Shown in pieces: positions 39,610 to 50,033 of a stretch of DNA of 64,000 nt. A program made the position numbers and the translations under genes. The notes below the pieces were generated by a model. The model saw only the letters and a list, made by a program, of their open reading frames with translations. It did no database searches and was not told where the DNA came from. The DNA lies in the NCBI GenBank assembly GCA_965207075.1, contig CBDBLO010000002.1, positions 1,920,001 to 1,984,000 of the forward strand. Reading direction: 5' to 3'. Numbering within the stretch: the first letter of the stretch is position 1; every line of letters begins with the position of its first letter. This DNA comes from Nitrosopumilus sp. Lineage in GTDB: Archaea; Thermoproteota; Nitrososphaeria; Nitrososphaerales; Nitrosopumilaceae.

Positions 39610-41136
39610 TTATACGCTCTTGGCCTGCTTGTTGAGGGACGCGAATGCCTCGTCAACACTTTTTTGGCGCTCCCCAAGCGCGCTCCGGAGCCTTGTGATG
39701 GCCCTTTTGCGGGCAGATATCATGCGTTTTTGCTCCGCGTACCCCGACGAGCCCTTCGAGACCCGGCCGCGCAGGGACGGGACAGGCCCAAGGGACGACG
39801 TGATGACATGCAGTATCTTTGGATCAGATGCGGTGGGGGACAATTTTGCATCAACTAAGCCCCCCTTCCTGAGCGCGCCCCTGACATCGCTTGCAGTCAT
39901 CTTGCGGACTGATTTTCTTATCGCATGGGCGTGCTGTACAAGCAGGGCCGCCGTGCCGTGCGCCGTCCGGAACGGCACGTCATGCTCAAGCACGAGTCGC
40001 TCGGCCACGTCTAGCGCCACCAGGTCGCTTGCCTCCGCCACGCGGCGCATACGGGTCTTGTTTACGCGCATGCCGCCGAGCACTGACTGGACTGCAAGCA
40101 GGGCCGATACTCCGGTATCCGATATCATCCACAGGAGTGGCTTTGTACGCTGCAGGTCTCGCCCGTACCCGGAGGCAAGCCCCCCCACTATCCCCAGTAT
40201 GGCGCCCGTGTATCCGGCCGCCTCGGCCGCCCTGGCGCGCGTGATCTCCAGCACGTCTGGGTTCTTCTTCTGGGGCATTGCGCTCGACGGCGAAGATATG
40301 TCGTCCTCCAGCTCCACAAATGAGAACTCCGACGTGGACCACACCACTATATCCTCGGCCAGTCGACTTAGGTTGGACATCATTATGGAGACCGCGGCCG
40401 CGTACTCGGCCGCAAAGTCGCGGGTGCCGGTCGCGTCAAGTGAGTTCTCCAGTATACCATCAAAGCCCAGCAGCTCTGCTGTATAAGCGCGGTCAATCGG
40501 CAGGCTTGTCCCGCCCACGGGCCCCGCCCCGAGCGGGCTCTTGTTCACGCGCCCGTAGGCGTCAGACAGCCTCTCATAGTCCCTGAGCAGCGCGTCGGCG
40601 TGGGCGAGCAGCCAGTGCGAGAACAGCCCCGCTTGGGCCTGCTGCATGTGCGTGTACAGCGGCATGACGGTGCGCCTGTGGTTTGACGCGAAGAGTACCA
40701 TGGACTCGGCTACATCCAGGATGTGGCCACACATCACATTGATGTCGTCTCGGACCTTCATGCGTATATCGAGCGCCACCTGGTCGTTCCTCGAGCGGGC
40801 CGCGTGCATCCTGCCGCCGTGCGCGGCCCCCGCCCTTTCGACTACGAGCGACTCGACGAGCTCGTGTATGTCCTCTGCGGCGCCCGCGTTCTTCCCGTCA
40901 TACGTGGAGCCGCTCCGCGCAAACAGGCTCCGCCGTCTCCGCAGGATCTCGGATAGCGCCCCCAGTATGCGGCGGGCCGACGTCCGCGATATGATCCCCG
41001 TCTTTAGCAGCATAAGCACGTGGGCCTGGCTGCCCAGTATGTCATAGCGTATGATCTCCGCATCCTCCTCTGCCGAGGACAGGTAGCCGAGGATCCTGGG
41101 GTCGGGCCCGCCGTCCCCCATGCGCGCACGGTACAT
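39610..41136 (-). CDS. argH: Argininosuccinate lyase
   Basis: EDIH, RSRNDQ, YTHMQQAQ, SPLGAG and SSAMPQKKNPD. Confidence 0.95.
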   Translation of the reverse strand: MYRARMGDGGPDPRILGYLSSAEEDAEIIRYDILGSQAHVLMLLKTGIISRTSARRILGALSEILRRRRSLFARSGSTYDGKNAGAAEDIHELVESLVVERAGAAHGGRMHAARSRNDQVALDIRMKVRDDINVMCGHILDVAESMVLFASNHRRTVMPLYTHMQQAQAGLFSHWLLAHADALLRDYERLSDAYGRVNKSPLGAGPVGGTSLPIDRAYTAELLGFDGILENSLDATGTRDFAAEYAAAVSIMMSNLSRLAEDIVVWSTSEFSFVELEDDISSPSSAMPQKKNPDVLEITRARAAEAAGYTGAILGIVGGLASGYGRDLQRTKPLLWMISDTGVSALLAVQSVLGGMRVNKTRMRRVAEASDLVALDVAERLVLEHDVPFRTAHGTAALLVQHAHAIRKSVRKMTASDVRGALRKGGLVDAKLSPTASDPKILHVITSSLGPVPSLRGRVSKGSSGYAEQKRMISARKRAITRLRSALGERQKSVDEAFASLNKQAKSV

Positions 41137-41186
41137 GGCGTTACTTCTCTAATGGTTATATATAGCATAAATGGGAGTGATGCCAT

Positions 41187-41672
41187 ATGAGCCAGCAGGA
41201 GATCAAGCAGAAGAGGGTCAAGATATTTGACGAGCTCTCAAAGATCGTGGATCCGGAGATAGACATGTCCATAGTGGAGCTGGAGCTCATAGACGAGGTC
41301 GACATAAGCGACAGCGACGTGAGGGTGGACCTTCACCTCACAAGCCCGTTCTGCCCCGCGATATACGGGTTCAAGATATGCCAGGACATACACGACAACC
41401 TGCTGATGGTAGACGGCGTCGACGACGTAAAGGTGAACGTCTCAAACCACTTTATGGCAGAGCAGATAAACCAGCAGGTCAACAACTCGCCGAACCCCAA
41501 AAAGGCGGCCGGTGGGAGTCAGGGCGCGTCGCAGGCAGGCGAGCCGGCAAAGGGAGCGGAGGGTTCCGATTCATCAACGTCAACAACATCACCATCGCCA
41601 TCAACATCACAGCCAGAGGCATCCACGCCCCCGCCACAGGCGTCATCGTGGTCCACTGACGCGCCGAAATAG
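41187..41672 (+). CDS. DUF59/SufT-like Fe-S cluster assembly protein
   Basis: IVDPEIDMSIVELELI and LTSPFCP. Confidence 0.88.
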   Translation: MSQQEIKQKRVKIFDELSKIVDPEIDMSIVELELIDEVDISDSDVRVDLHLTSPFCPAIYGFKICQDIHDNLLMVDGVDDVKVNVSNHFMAEQINQQVNNSPNPKKAAGGSQGASQAGEPAKGAEGSDSSTSTTSPSPSTSQPEASTPPPQASSWSTDAPK

Positions 41673-41785
41673 TTGGCGGCGGCAACCGCAGCACCCACCA
41701 CAATTACCAAGCATCCTTGTCTTGCTGTGTGACGGCAACGGATCCGTCAATCTCTTTTGCGCCGCACCCGGCACAATAACCATTG

Positions 41786-42586
41786 TCACTTTTGGTTATT
41801 GCCGCTGCCGCCGCCAAAACCCAGCATGTACCCGCGGAGCATCTGTATGCCCATCGCGGGATCCACCCCCTTCGGGCAGACCTGGCTGCAGGAGCCCGCA
41901 AAGTGGCACCGCCATATGCCGTGCGAGTCGTCTATTACCTTGAGCCTCGAGTCCTTGCCCCGGTCCCTGCTGTCGCCCACGTAGCGGTACGCTTGGGCTA
42001 AAGCCTGCGGCCCCAGAAACGAGGAGTCCGTCGCCATCGTGGGGCAGGCCGCGTTGCAAAGCCCGCACTTTATGCAGTTTGCAAACTGTATGTATTGCTC
42101 CAGCTCCTCCGGCGACTGCGGGTACTCCTTTAGCTCGCCGTCCGCGACATCGTCAAGCTCCGTGTCGTCCCTGTCCAGGTACGGCCTGACCTCGCGGTGA
42201 TTCTCAAACAGCGAGTCAAACCCGACTGCAAGGTCACGTATCACCGGAAAGTTCTGCAGCGGCTCCACCGTAACCACGGAGGAGTTCAGCTCGTCGATTT
42301 TAGTAAAGCAGGCAAGCCCGGGCCTGCCGTTTATCATCATGCCGCACGAGCCGCAGGTGGCCTGCCTGCACGAGTACCGGACTGCCACGGAGTGGTCCAG
42401 CCTCTTCTTGACCTCCAGTATGGCGTCCAGGACTGTGGTCCACTTTTCGTACGGGACCTCAAAGTCGTCGAACCCGACTGTGCTGCTGTCGTGCGCGGGG
42501 TTGCTGCGGGCTATGCGGAGCGTGATTGAGCGCTGCGTGCCCGGCCGCTGCGCGGAAGCCGGACCAGATGCTGCCTGCAATGCCAT
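41786..42586 (-). CDS. sdhB: Succinate dehydrogenase Fe-S subunit
   Basis: SCRQATCGSC, CIKCGLCNAACP and CHFAGSCSQVCP. Confidence 0.95.
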   Translation of the reverse strand: MALQAASGPASAQRPGTQRSITLRIARSNPAHDSSTVGFDDFEVPYEKWTTVLDAILEVKKRLDHSVAVRYSCRQATCGSCGMMINGRPGLACFTKIDELNSSVVTVEPLQNFPVIRDLAVGFDSLFENHREVRPYLDRDDTELDDVADGELKEYPQSPEELEQYIQFANCIKCGLCNAACPTMATDSSFLGPQALAQAYRYVGDSRDRGKDSRLKVIDDSHGIWRCHFAGSCSQVCPKGVDPAMGIQMLRGYMLGFGGGSGNNQK

Positions 42587-42588
42587 GA

Positions 42589-42951
42589 TCAGACCATCCC
42601 CATGTTGGTCATAATAATGGTTCTAGACCCGTACGCGATCAGTGCGAACATGGCAGCCACGCAGCCGTAAGATACTGCCTTCTCGTATCTGGGCCCCTGG
42701 CGCAGCTCCAGCAGTATGACGCGCAGCCCGTTGAACCCGTGTATTGACAGCAGCACCAGTATGATCTCAAGCATAAGCGCGTACGGCAAAAACCTATAGT
42801 TTGCAAGGACGGTCTCGTACTCCAGCGATTCGGCAAACCCTCCCGAGGTAAGCCTCATCAGCACGTGCACCGCGACCAGGGCGACTGCCGCGAGCGCCGT
42901 GCCATAATGGATCTTCATTATGGTCGATTCCCGGAGTATCGCAGACGCCAT
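42589..42951 (-). CDS. sdhD: Succinate dehydrogenase membrane anchor
   Basis: Three TM helices, HGFNGLRVIL and operon position. Confidence 0.85.
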   Translation of the reverse strand: MASAILRESTIMKIHYGTALAAVALVAVHVLMRLTSGGFAESLEYETVLANYRFLPYALMLEIILVLLSIHGFNGLRVILLELRQGPRYEKAVSYGCVAAMFALIAYGSRTIIMTNMGMV

Positions 42952-42953
42952 TG

Positions 42954-43478
42954 TCACACCCCGAACATTACGGCAAGGCCGTACATCATCGCTATCGCGG
43001 CAAGCACGATTGCCGTGTATATCCCCAACTTGTGCCTATAATTCTGGGACGCCGGCACGTACGGATAATCGGGGCGCGCCGCCCTGCCCACGCCGACCCC
43101 GCCGTGCCCGAGCATGACACGTATGCCGTTTACCGTATGGAACACGCACATCCCTATCACGATTGCAAGCAGGATGTGCCCCTCCGTAGTCTGCGTGATG
43201 GCCAAAAACTCGTCCCACCCCATCTTGCCCTGCAAGATGCTGCTCGTCTCGTAGATGTGCCCGATAAAGTACGCAAGCAGCCCGAGGCCCGTCAGGCGCA
43301 TCAGCCAGTACGCGACGCGCTCTATCCCGTACTTGCCGGGGTTTGCCATGCCCCCGATGCCGGCCCTGTTGCCGTCGGCCTTGGCGCCGCTGTCACTGCT
43401 GGCGCCGTCATAGCGGCCCTGGGAATCTGTCCCGGCCTCTACACCCGCATCCCCCTCCTCTTGGTCCACGGAAGCCAT
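42954..43478 (-). CDS. sdhC: Succinate dehydrogenase cytochrome b subunit
   Basis: MRLTGLGL and FHTVNGIR. Confidence 0.85.
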   Translation of the reverse strand: MASVDQEEGDAGVEAGTDSQGRYDGASSDSGAKADGNRAGIGGMANPGKYGIERVAYWLMRLTGLGLLAYFIGHIYETSSILQGKMGWDEFLAITQTTEGHILLAIVIGMCVFHTVNGIRVMLGHGGVGVGRAARPDYPYVPASQNYRHKLGIYTAIVLAAIAMMYGLAVMFGV

Positions 43479-45199
43479 TAGTACTTCCTCTCCACCGGCT
43501 TGTATTTGGTGATTGTGACCGGGTGCGTCTTCATTATGGGGCCCTGCGGGTCGTAATACGCGAGCGTGTGGTGCAAATAGTTCTCGTCGTCGCGCTTTGG
43601 ATAGTCGGTGCGGGCGTGAGCTCCCCGCGACTCCTTGCGGTTTATGGCGCCCACCAGCACGATCTCGGCCACCCTGAACATCGAGTCCAGTTCCATGACG
43701 TTCGTAAAGTTGGTATTGTACTCGGCCGCCTTGTCATCCACATGCTTCCATGATTCCTTGCGCAGGGCCCGCACGGTGCGCAGTCCCTCTGCAAGCTCGT
43801 CGCCGTTCCTGTACACGTACGCGTTGGAGTTCATGGCATCGGTCAGTTCCTGCCGTATTTCGTACGGGTTTGCGCCCCCGCCGCCCCGGAATATGCCGTC
43901 GTAGATGCGCTTCTCCTCCGCATTCACCACGTGGTGCGGCCACGGGGGCCTGGACGCGGAGGACTGCCGTTCCGCATACATGGCCGCCTGCTCGCCGGTT
44001 ATCTTACCCCATACGATACACTCGGACGTCGAATTTGCGCCCAAACGGTTTGAGCCGTGCACGCTGTTGCAGGCGGCCTCGCCTGCGGCCCACACGCCCT
44101 GTATCTCTGTCGCCCCATCAATGTTGGTGTGCAGCCCCCCCATCATGTAGTGGCACACGGGCCTGACGTCAAGCAGGTCCTTTGCCGGGTCTATCCCGGA
44201 GAACTTTATCGATATCTCGCGTATGCCCCCCAGCTTCTCCTTTATGCGCTCGTCCCCTATGTGGCGTAAATCAAGCTTCATGCAGTCCACGCCGGTCTCG
44301 TGCTTGAACCCGCGGCCCTCCCGGATCTCGGACATTATAGACCGCGACACTATATCGCGTGGGGCCAGCTCCATCTTTGAGGGCGCGTACCGCTTCATGA
44401 ACCGCTCGCCGGCGCTGTTCAGCAGGTATCCGCCCTCGCCGCGGGCCCCCTCGGTAATCAGGATGCCGGAGGGCATTATCCCGGTGGGGTGGAACTGGAC
44501 GAACTCCATGTCCTTGAGGGCCATGCCGGCCCTCAGCCCCATGTCAAGCCCGTCGGGGGTCGACGACAGCGCGTAGGTCGAAAAGCTGTACAGCCGGCCT
44601 GCCCCCCCGGTCGCGATGATTAGAGCCCTTGCCCTTATCGAGTAAAAGGCGCCCGTCTTCAGCTCTATGGCGGTAAGCCCCAGGAACTTGCGGCCGTCAT
44701 GAACTATGCAGGTGGCAAACCACTCGTTCAAATATGATATGTTCTCAAACTTTTGGCACGTGTCGTACAGGGTCTGCATCTCAAAGAACCCCACCTTGTC
44801 TGACGCGTACGTGGCGCGCGGAAAGCTGTACCCCCCGAAGTTGCGCTGGTCGATGCGGCCGTCCTTGCGCCGGGACCACGGCATGCCCCAGTGGTCGAGC
44901 TGGTGTACCTCGCGGGGCATCTCGACGCAGAGCCGCTCGGCCACGTCCTGGTCGGCCAAAAAGTCGCTTCCCTTTACAGTATCGTACACGTGCGACTCTA
45001 TCGTGTCGCCCTCGTCCTCGAACATCACCGCGGCGGTGCCGCCCTCGGCGGACACGGAGTGCGAGCGCATCACCTGCAGCTTGGAAACGACGGCTATCTT
45101 CAGGTTGGGGGCGGTCTTGGCCGCCGATATGGCAGCCCTGAGCCCCGCTAGACCGGAGCCGCATATAAGCAGGTCATACTCGTCTATGGTATCGACCAT
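43478..45199 (-). CDS. sdhA: Succinate dehydrogenase flavoprotein
   Basis: GSGLAG, RSHSVSAEGG, QFHPTG, TEGARGEG and HGSNRLGANS. Confidence 0.96.
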   Translation of the reverse strand: MVDTIDEYDLLICGSGLAGLRAAISAAKTAPNLKIAVVSKLQVMRSHSVSAEGGTAAVMFEDEGDTIESHVYDTVKGSDFLADQDVAERLCVEMPREVHQLDHWGMPWSRRKDGRIDQRNFGGYSFPRATYASDKVGFFEMQTLYDTCQKFENISYLNEWFATCIVHDGRKFLGLTAIELKTGAFYSIRARALIIATGGAGRLYSFSTYALSSTPDGLDMGLRAGMALKDMEFVQFHPTGIMPSGILITEGARGEGGYLLNSAGERFMKRYAPSKMELAPRDIVSRSIMSEIREGRGFKHETGVDCMKLDLRHIGDERIKEKLGGIREISIKFSGIDPAKDLLDVRPVCHYMMGGLHTNIDGATEIQGVWAAGEAACNSVHGSNRLGANSTSECIVWGKITGEQAAMYAERQSSASRPPWPHHVVNAEEKRIYDGIFRGGGGANPYEIRQELTDAMNSNAYVYRNGDELAEGLRTVRALRKESWKHVDDKAAEYNTNFTNVMELDSMFRVAEIVLVGAINRKESRGAHARTDYPKRDDENYLHHTLAYYDPQGPIMKTHPVTITKYKPVERKY

Positions 45200-45287
45200 A
45201 ATCGTTCACGGACGCTCCGCACAGAGATATTAAAAATGTAATAACCGGCGCGGCAAGACTAAAATATATCGCTAGCGATATAACGTC

Positions 45288-45842
45288 ATGAGCTCGGCCT
45301 GGTTTGAGAGGGTGAAGAGCGCGATTCCGAGGGGCTTTTCGAGGTATTACATCATAAGCATACTGCAGGAGGGGCCCCACACGGGCAAGGAGATCATGGA
45401 CAGGGCGGCAGGCGAGAGCGGCGGGGAGTGGAAGCCCTCGCCGGGCCTGATATACCCGCTGCTCGGCAGGCTGCTTGACGAGGGGCTGATCGAGGAGTCC
45501 GAGGACAGCGGGGGCGGCAGGTACGCACTCACGCAGAAGGGGGCAGACACGGCAGAGGACATGAAGAGGATCAAGGACGGCATAGACAGGCAGATCGACG
45601 TGCTCTCCAGGCTGGGCAACGCCGGCAGGTTTGTCGCGGCAGACGTGATAGAGCGCATCGCCTCGATTGCGGCCATACTGGGCCAGAACGCGGCAAGGAT
45701 GACTGCAGAGGATGCCGAGCGGTACAGGCAGTTTCTGAGGGACGAGCTTGCCAGGATGGGGGAGCCTGCCGAGAGCGACGGAAGCCCGGAGGAGGATTCC
45801 AAGGACGAAGACGTGGACGAGACAAGCATCCCCGTAAAATAG
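45288..45842 (+). CDS. PadR-family transcriptional regulator
   Basis: WKPSPGLIYPLLGRLLDEGLI...YALTQKG. Confidence 0.9.
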   Translation: MSSAWFERVKSAIPRGFSRYYIISILQEGPHTGKEIMDRAAGESGGEWKPSPGLIYPLLGRLLDEGLIEESEDSGGGRYALTQKGADTAEDMKRIKDGIDRQIDVLSRLGNAGRFVAADVIERIASIAAILGQNAARMTAEDAERYRQFLRDELARMGEPAESDGSPEEDSKDEDVDETSIPVK

Positions 45843-45852
45843 CGCGGGTGAC

Positions 45853-47102
45853 GGCGCTGTCCAACTTTTCACCGCCAAAGTCACGAAAAGCTTAAAGATC
45901 ATGACGCGCCCCGGTGGCAAAGCTTATTGATCATATTGTAATCGCCACGTCAATGGCTTCCAAAAGAAGCAGGAAGGACGACAAGAGAAGACAGGATGCC
46001 CATGTGCGGGCGTACAAGGCGGAACGGCGAAGGCAGAAGATCAAGGAGTGCCGCGACTACAAGACGTATGAGAGAAAGCGAAGGGGCGAGGGCAGGGTGA
46101 AAAGGATCAGGATCAAGCAGCTAGCAAAACTGATCCGCGACACCCTGCCAGACGCCACCGATACGAACGTTTCCAGGATCGTGTGCGTCGTAGACATGAC
46201 ATACCGCGGCCACTCGTACCGCAGACACGTCGAGTACCTGGATGAGCATTCAGGCTCCGTAAGCATGTACGGGCTAAAAAGAGTTCCCTCAAAATCCGGC
46301 CTCCACGGCTGGGCAGGAGAGCTTGCAGACGACATGGAGTTCGTGCTGGGGCTCCTCGCCGGACAGGCAGGGGACGACGCGCGCGGTACCCTGCTGGGCG
46401 ACTCGTCGGGGTTCTCCATAGTGAAATACGAGGACTGGGAGGACGCCAAGCGCGGGATCATATCCCGGCGCGAGTTCAACAAGCTCCACATACTGGTCGC
46501 GCCGCACGGCAGGATCGCGACGTGCGCGATAACCGCGGGGCGGCGGCACGACTCGCCGGTGTTCCGGGAGATGTACGGGCGCATACCGCAGGGAAGTGGC
46601 CGCACCATACTGGACGCCGCGTACCTGTGCAAGGCAAACTGCAAGGTGATCGCGCGCAGCGGGCGCAGTCCGGTCATATGCCCAAGGAGGAACTCCCGGG
46701 CAAGGGGGCTGCATCCGATGGGCCAGATGCTGAAGTGGTACGAGAGCGACCGTGACGGGTTTGACAGGGCATACCACCAGCGGAGCCTGGTAGAGACCGC
46801 GTTCTCCGTCATCAAGGAGAGGTTTGGCGCCGTCGCGCGCGCAAAGACGTTCCGCATGAGGCAGCTGCAGCTCGCGCTAAAGTGCGTCTGCTACAATCTC
46901 GTCGCCTGATTCTGCATCCGTCCGCAGGGGAGCAGTGCACCCCCCAGCGTACGCTGCAGACTGATGCGCCACACGCAATCAAAAACCGGAGACTTGCCGC
47001 CGGACATGCCACAATTGCGGCAGAAACGGACCCGCCCATCGCCCAAAGCCTGCTTAATTGTCCATAAAATTGGGGCGCGGCTTACAAGAGTTGGACAGCG
47101 CC
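45853..47102 (+). mobile_element. IS5-family (IS903-like) insertion sequence
   Basis: 14-bp perfect TIR GGCGCTGTCCAACT and 9-bp target duplication GCGGGTGAC (45844-45852, 47103-47111). Confidence 0.95.
45914..46909 (+). CDS. IS5-family DDE transposase
   Basis: GDSSGF, KLH, HDS, LDAAY and YHQRSLVETAFSVIK. Confidence 0.92.
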   Translation: MAKLIDHIVIATSMASKRSRKDDKRRQDAHVRAYKAERRRQKIKECRDYKTYERKRRGEGRVKRIRIKQLAKLIRDTLPDATDTNVSRIVCVVDMTYRGHSYRRHVEYLDEHSGSVSMYGLKRVPSKSGLHGWAGELADDMEFVLGLLAGQAGDDARGTLLGDSSGFSIVKYEDWEDAKRGIISRREFNKLHILVAPHGRIATCAITAGRRHDSPVFREMYGRIPQGSGRTILDAAYLCKANCKVIARSGRSPVICPRRNSRARGLHPMGQMLKWYESDRDGFDRAYHQRSLVETAFSVIKERFGAVARAKTFRMRQLQLALKCVCYNLVA

Positions 47103-47147
47103 GCGGGTGACGTCAAGCATAAATAACAACCGGGACGCTCCTGCGCT

Positions 47148-48068
47148 GTGTCAGGTTCCGCCGACAAACCCGGAAAGAAGAAGAAGAGCATCCGCAGGAT
47201 GGTAAGGAGGGGCGGCTCGCCCCTGGTCATACCCGGCGTGTACGACGCGCTGGGCGCAAGGATAGCGGAGAACGCGGGGTTCGACGCCATGTTCCAGACC
47301 GGGTACGGCACGTCCGCGTCGCTTCTGGGCATGCCGGACTACGGGTTCGTCGGGGCCGCCGAAACGGTGGAGAACGCGAGGCGCATATGCGCGGCGACCA
47401 AATCTCCAGTAATAGTGGACTCGGACACCGGGTACGGCAACGCCCTGAGCGTCTGGAAGCTGGTGGGGGACCTGCAGGCTGCCGGCGCGTCGGGGATGTT
47501 CCTTGAGGACCAGAGGTGGCCCAAGCGGTGCGGCCACATGCAGGGCAAGGACGTCATATCGCAGGAAGAATATACAGAAAAGCTCGGGGCCGCGGTGGAC
47601 GCCAGGGGCGACTCTGACTTTGTCATAGTGGCGCGCACAGACGCCCGCGCGACGCTGGGGCTCGACGAGGCCATAGAGCGCGGCAGGCAGAACAAGAAGA
47701 CGGGTGCGGACGCCGTGTTCATAGAGGCCCCCAGGGATATAGGCGAGATGAAGAGGATAGGGCGCGAGATAAGGGCCCCCCTCGTTGCAAACATGATAGA
47801 GGGCGGCGTCACGCCCATAAGCCCGGCGCAAAAGCTGCACGGGATGGGGTTCAACATGGTACTGTACCCGCTGTCGGTGCTCTTTGCAAGCGCGTACGCG
47901 GCATCAAGGATACTTGCGGAGCTGCGGCAGACTGGCGCCACCAGAAAGTCGAAGAGGAGCGCGGTGAGCTTTGACCAGTTTAACGAGATCGTAAACCTCT
48001 CAAAGTTCAGGAGCATGGAGAGCAAATACGGCGGCGGTGGCAAAAGCAGTAACGACAAGGGTCACTGA
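47148..48068 (+). CDS. Isocitrate lyase/PEP mutase family enzyme (methylisocitrate lyase-like)
   Basis: DSDTGYG, EDQRWPKRCGH and ARTDA. Confidence 0.9.
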   Translation: MSGSADKPGKKKKSIRRMVRRGGSPLVIPGVYDALGARIAENAGFDAMFQTGYGTSASLLGMPDYGFVGAAETVENARRICAATKSPVIVDSDTGYGNALSVWKLVGDLQAAGASGMFLEDQRWPKRCGHMQGKDVISQEEYTEKLGAAVDARGDSDFVIVARTDARATLGLDEAIERGRQNKKTGADAVFIEAPRDIGEMKRIGREIRAPLVANMIEGGVTPISPAQKLHGMGFNMVLYPLSVLFASAYAASRILAELRQTGATRKSKRSAVSFDQFNEIVNLSKFRSMESKYGGGGKSSNDKGH

Positions 48069-48154
48069 CCGCCCGCGATAGTAGCAATAGGCGCGGCATG
48101 CGCGCAGCCACGCCGCCAAAAATAGTATAAAAAATGCCAAAAAAGAGGGACTCG

Positions 48155-48439
48155 CTAGGAGTTTCTCTTTACTTCGATCTCGATCGTCGATACGTTTCGC
48201 GTTCGTCCGTCTTGAGACTTGAGGGACTCGGAACCTATGCGGATCTCTCCGATAGAGCAGCCAGCAATCTCGGTCTTTCTCAAGACGAGCTGGGCGACGT
48301 CTACGGCGTGCCCGATGCTGAGCCCCCGAGCCTTGATGTTCACTTTTGGCAGGTTTACCAGCTGAATCGCCGTGGCAGTCACGTACGTCATCAGTGGCTT
48401 CTTGCCTATGAATATGGTGTCCCTTGCTTCGGTAGACAT
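48155..48439 (-). CDS. albA: Alba chromatin protein
   Basis: IFIGKKPLMTYV, IKARG and RNVSTIEI. Confidence 0.92.
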   Translation of the reverse strand: MSTEARDTIFIGKKPLMTYVTATAIQLVNLPKVNIKARGLSIGHAVDVAQLVLRKTEIAGCSIGEIRIGSESLKSQDGRTRNVSTIEIEVKRNS

Positions 48440-48547
48440 TGCAGCTCGACAGGCTGTGTATTATTTATAGTTAAGATGCGGTGCCGGAAGAGCGCTACGA
48501 TGACAATAGTAGCGGTGGCAACCGTACTGCTCGAGCGCGCCCGTGCC

Positions 48548-50002
48548 TCAGGGAAGGTGTATGGTGCCAAAGCCGTACTCGCTACACGTCTGGTAGTGGG
48601 CGTGAATCTCTGCCTCCCACCCCCTGCCGCGGTCAAGCATGTCAAGCGATTCTCTCAGCTTGGGGATCTCGTCGCGGTGCCTGCGGTTTCTCTCCACGAG
48701 CCCGTCACGAAACTCGTCCTCCGGAAGCGAGTTGCTCTTTTTGCAGTTGCACGGCTGGCAGGCCAGCACCATGTTCCACGCGTTGTCGTCGTATATGTAC
48801 GTCCACGGGATCAGGTGGTCCACCTGTATGCAGCCGGGCTCGAGCCTGTCGCGGCAGTAAAAGCAGCAGTCCGTGAACGGTCTGAACATGTTGTGATACT
48901 CGGTCAGCGCCTTCCTCTTGGCGTCCATCATCTCGATCTTTGTCATGAGCCTCGGCAGGGTCGGGTTTATCGGCTCGAGGAACCTTGTCCACTCTACGAG
49001 AACGGCCTTTGAAAGCAGCGCGTAATACTTTTGGAAGAACTCAAACGCCTCGGGTTTCAGCGTGATGGCTTGCTCGTCGTCGTCATAGTCGTAAAACGAC
49101 CGCACCTCCACCGTCCGGTTTCCGACGGGGACCCTCTGAAAGCGTGGCACCACTATTGAGGTCTTGGATCTGGCGTGCCCGAACACGTTTTTCAGTACGA
49201 GCCTCCTGGCCCTGTCCTTGTCGTTTCTGTCAAGGAGCGAGTAGTCGCTGGGCGTGCTCTCCCCGAACACACCCCTGAGCTTTGTTATGGCGTGTGGCAC
49301 GTGCTTTGCGTCATAGTTCTGGCGCATGTGCAGCACGTACTCCTGGTGCCAGTAGTACCTGAGGAACTTGTCGGCCAGGTACTCGTATGGTATGCGCAGG
49401 ACTGACTGCCTTTCTTCCCCCTCTTCCTCCCGGCCCGCGCCGCGGTAGTCGCCCCGGCAGTACTCCAAGATGGCGCGTGCGAGTGCGAACTTGTACGTGT
49501 TGGCCTTTGAGCCGTGACTCAGTATGGACAGAAAGCTCTTGGCCAGTCCGGCGTACGACGTGGCCGGAGACGCCCTGGCGTACGACGCGGGGCGCAGCCC
49601 GCCCGGGTCGATGGCTGGCAGCCTCGAGGGATCCGCTAGGCGGAAGACCCCTAGGCGTCCGCCGGCCCTCCAGTCCGCGATGCACCCCCTGGCGCGTAGC
49701 GCCGAGATCTGCGCCATGACGGACTGGTAAAAGTCGACTGCCAGTATGCCGCCCCCGAGCACCATGTTGCGGTCAAGGTTCAAGAGATCGGCTACCTGCT
49801 CGATAACGCTGCCGGCGCCGTGCCACACGGCGTCATCTCTGTGGATGCGCTGCGTCAGGTCCCCCCTGCCGCACGTCCTGCCCCGCGCATCCTCCATTTT
49901 GGAGATGGTGCTGCCGGGCCCGCGCACGACCTGCGCGAGTGCCCACATGACCATCTTTCCGGAGGGCAGTACCGGGGGGCTGCCCGTAGCAGGGCCGTGC
50001 AT
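48548..50002 (-). CDS. HNH endonuclease domain protein (start uncertain)
   Basis: ANTYKFAL; CFYC...VDHLIPW...WNMVLACQPCNCKKS. Confidence 0.8.
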   Translation of the reverse strand: MHGPATGSPPVLPSGKMVMWALAQVVRGPGSTISKMEDARGRTCGRGDLTQRIHRDDAVWHGAGSVIEQVADLLNLDRNMVLGGGILAVDFYQSVMAQISALRARGCIADWRAGGRLGVFRLADPSRLPAIDPGGLRPASYARASPATSYAGLAKSFLSILSHGSKANTYKFALARAILEYCRGDYRGAGREEEGEERQSVLRIPYEYLADKFLRYYWHQEYVLHMRQNYDAKHVPHAITKLRGVFGESTPSDYSLLDRNDKDRARRLVLKNVFGHARSKTSIVVPRFQRVPVGNRTVEVRSFYDYDDDEQAITLKPEAFEFFQKYYALLSKAVLVEWTRFLEPINPTLPRLMTKIEMMDAKRKALTEYHNMFRPFTDCCFYCRDRLEPGCIQVDHLIPWTYIYDDNAWNMVLACQPCNCKKSNSLPEDEFRDGLVERNRRHRDEIPKLRESLDMLDRGRGWEAEIHAHYQTCSEYGFGTIHLP

Positions 50003-50033
50003 GTCTAGTCACAACAGGACGGGCCGCAATATC

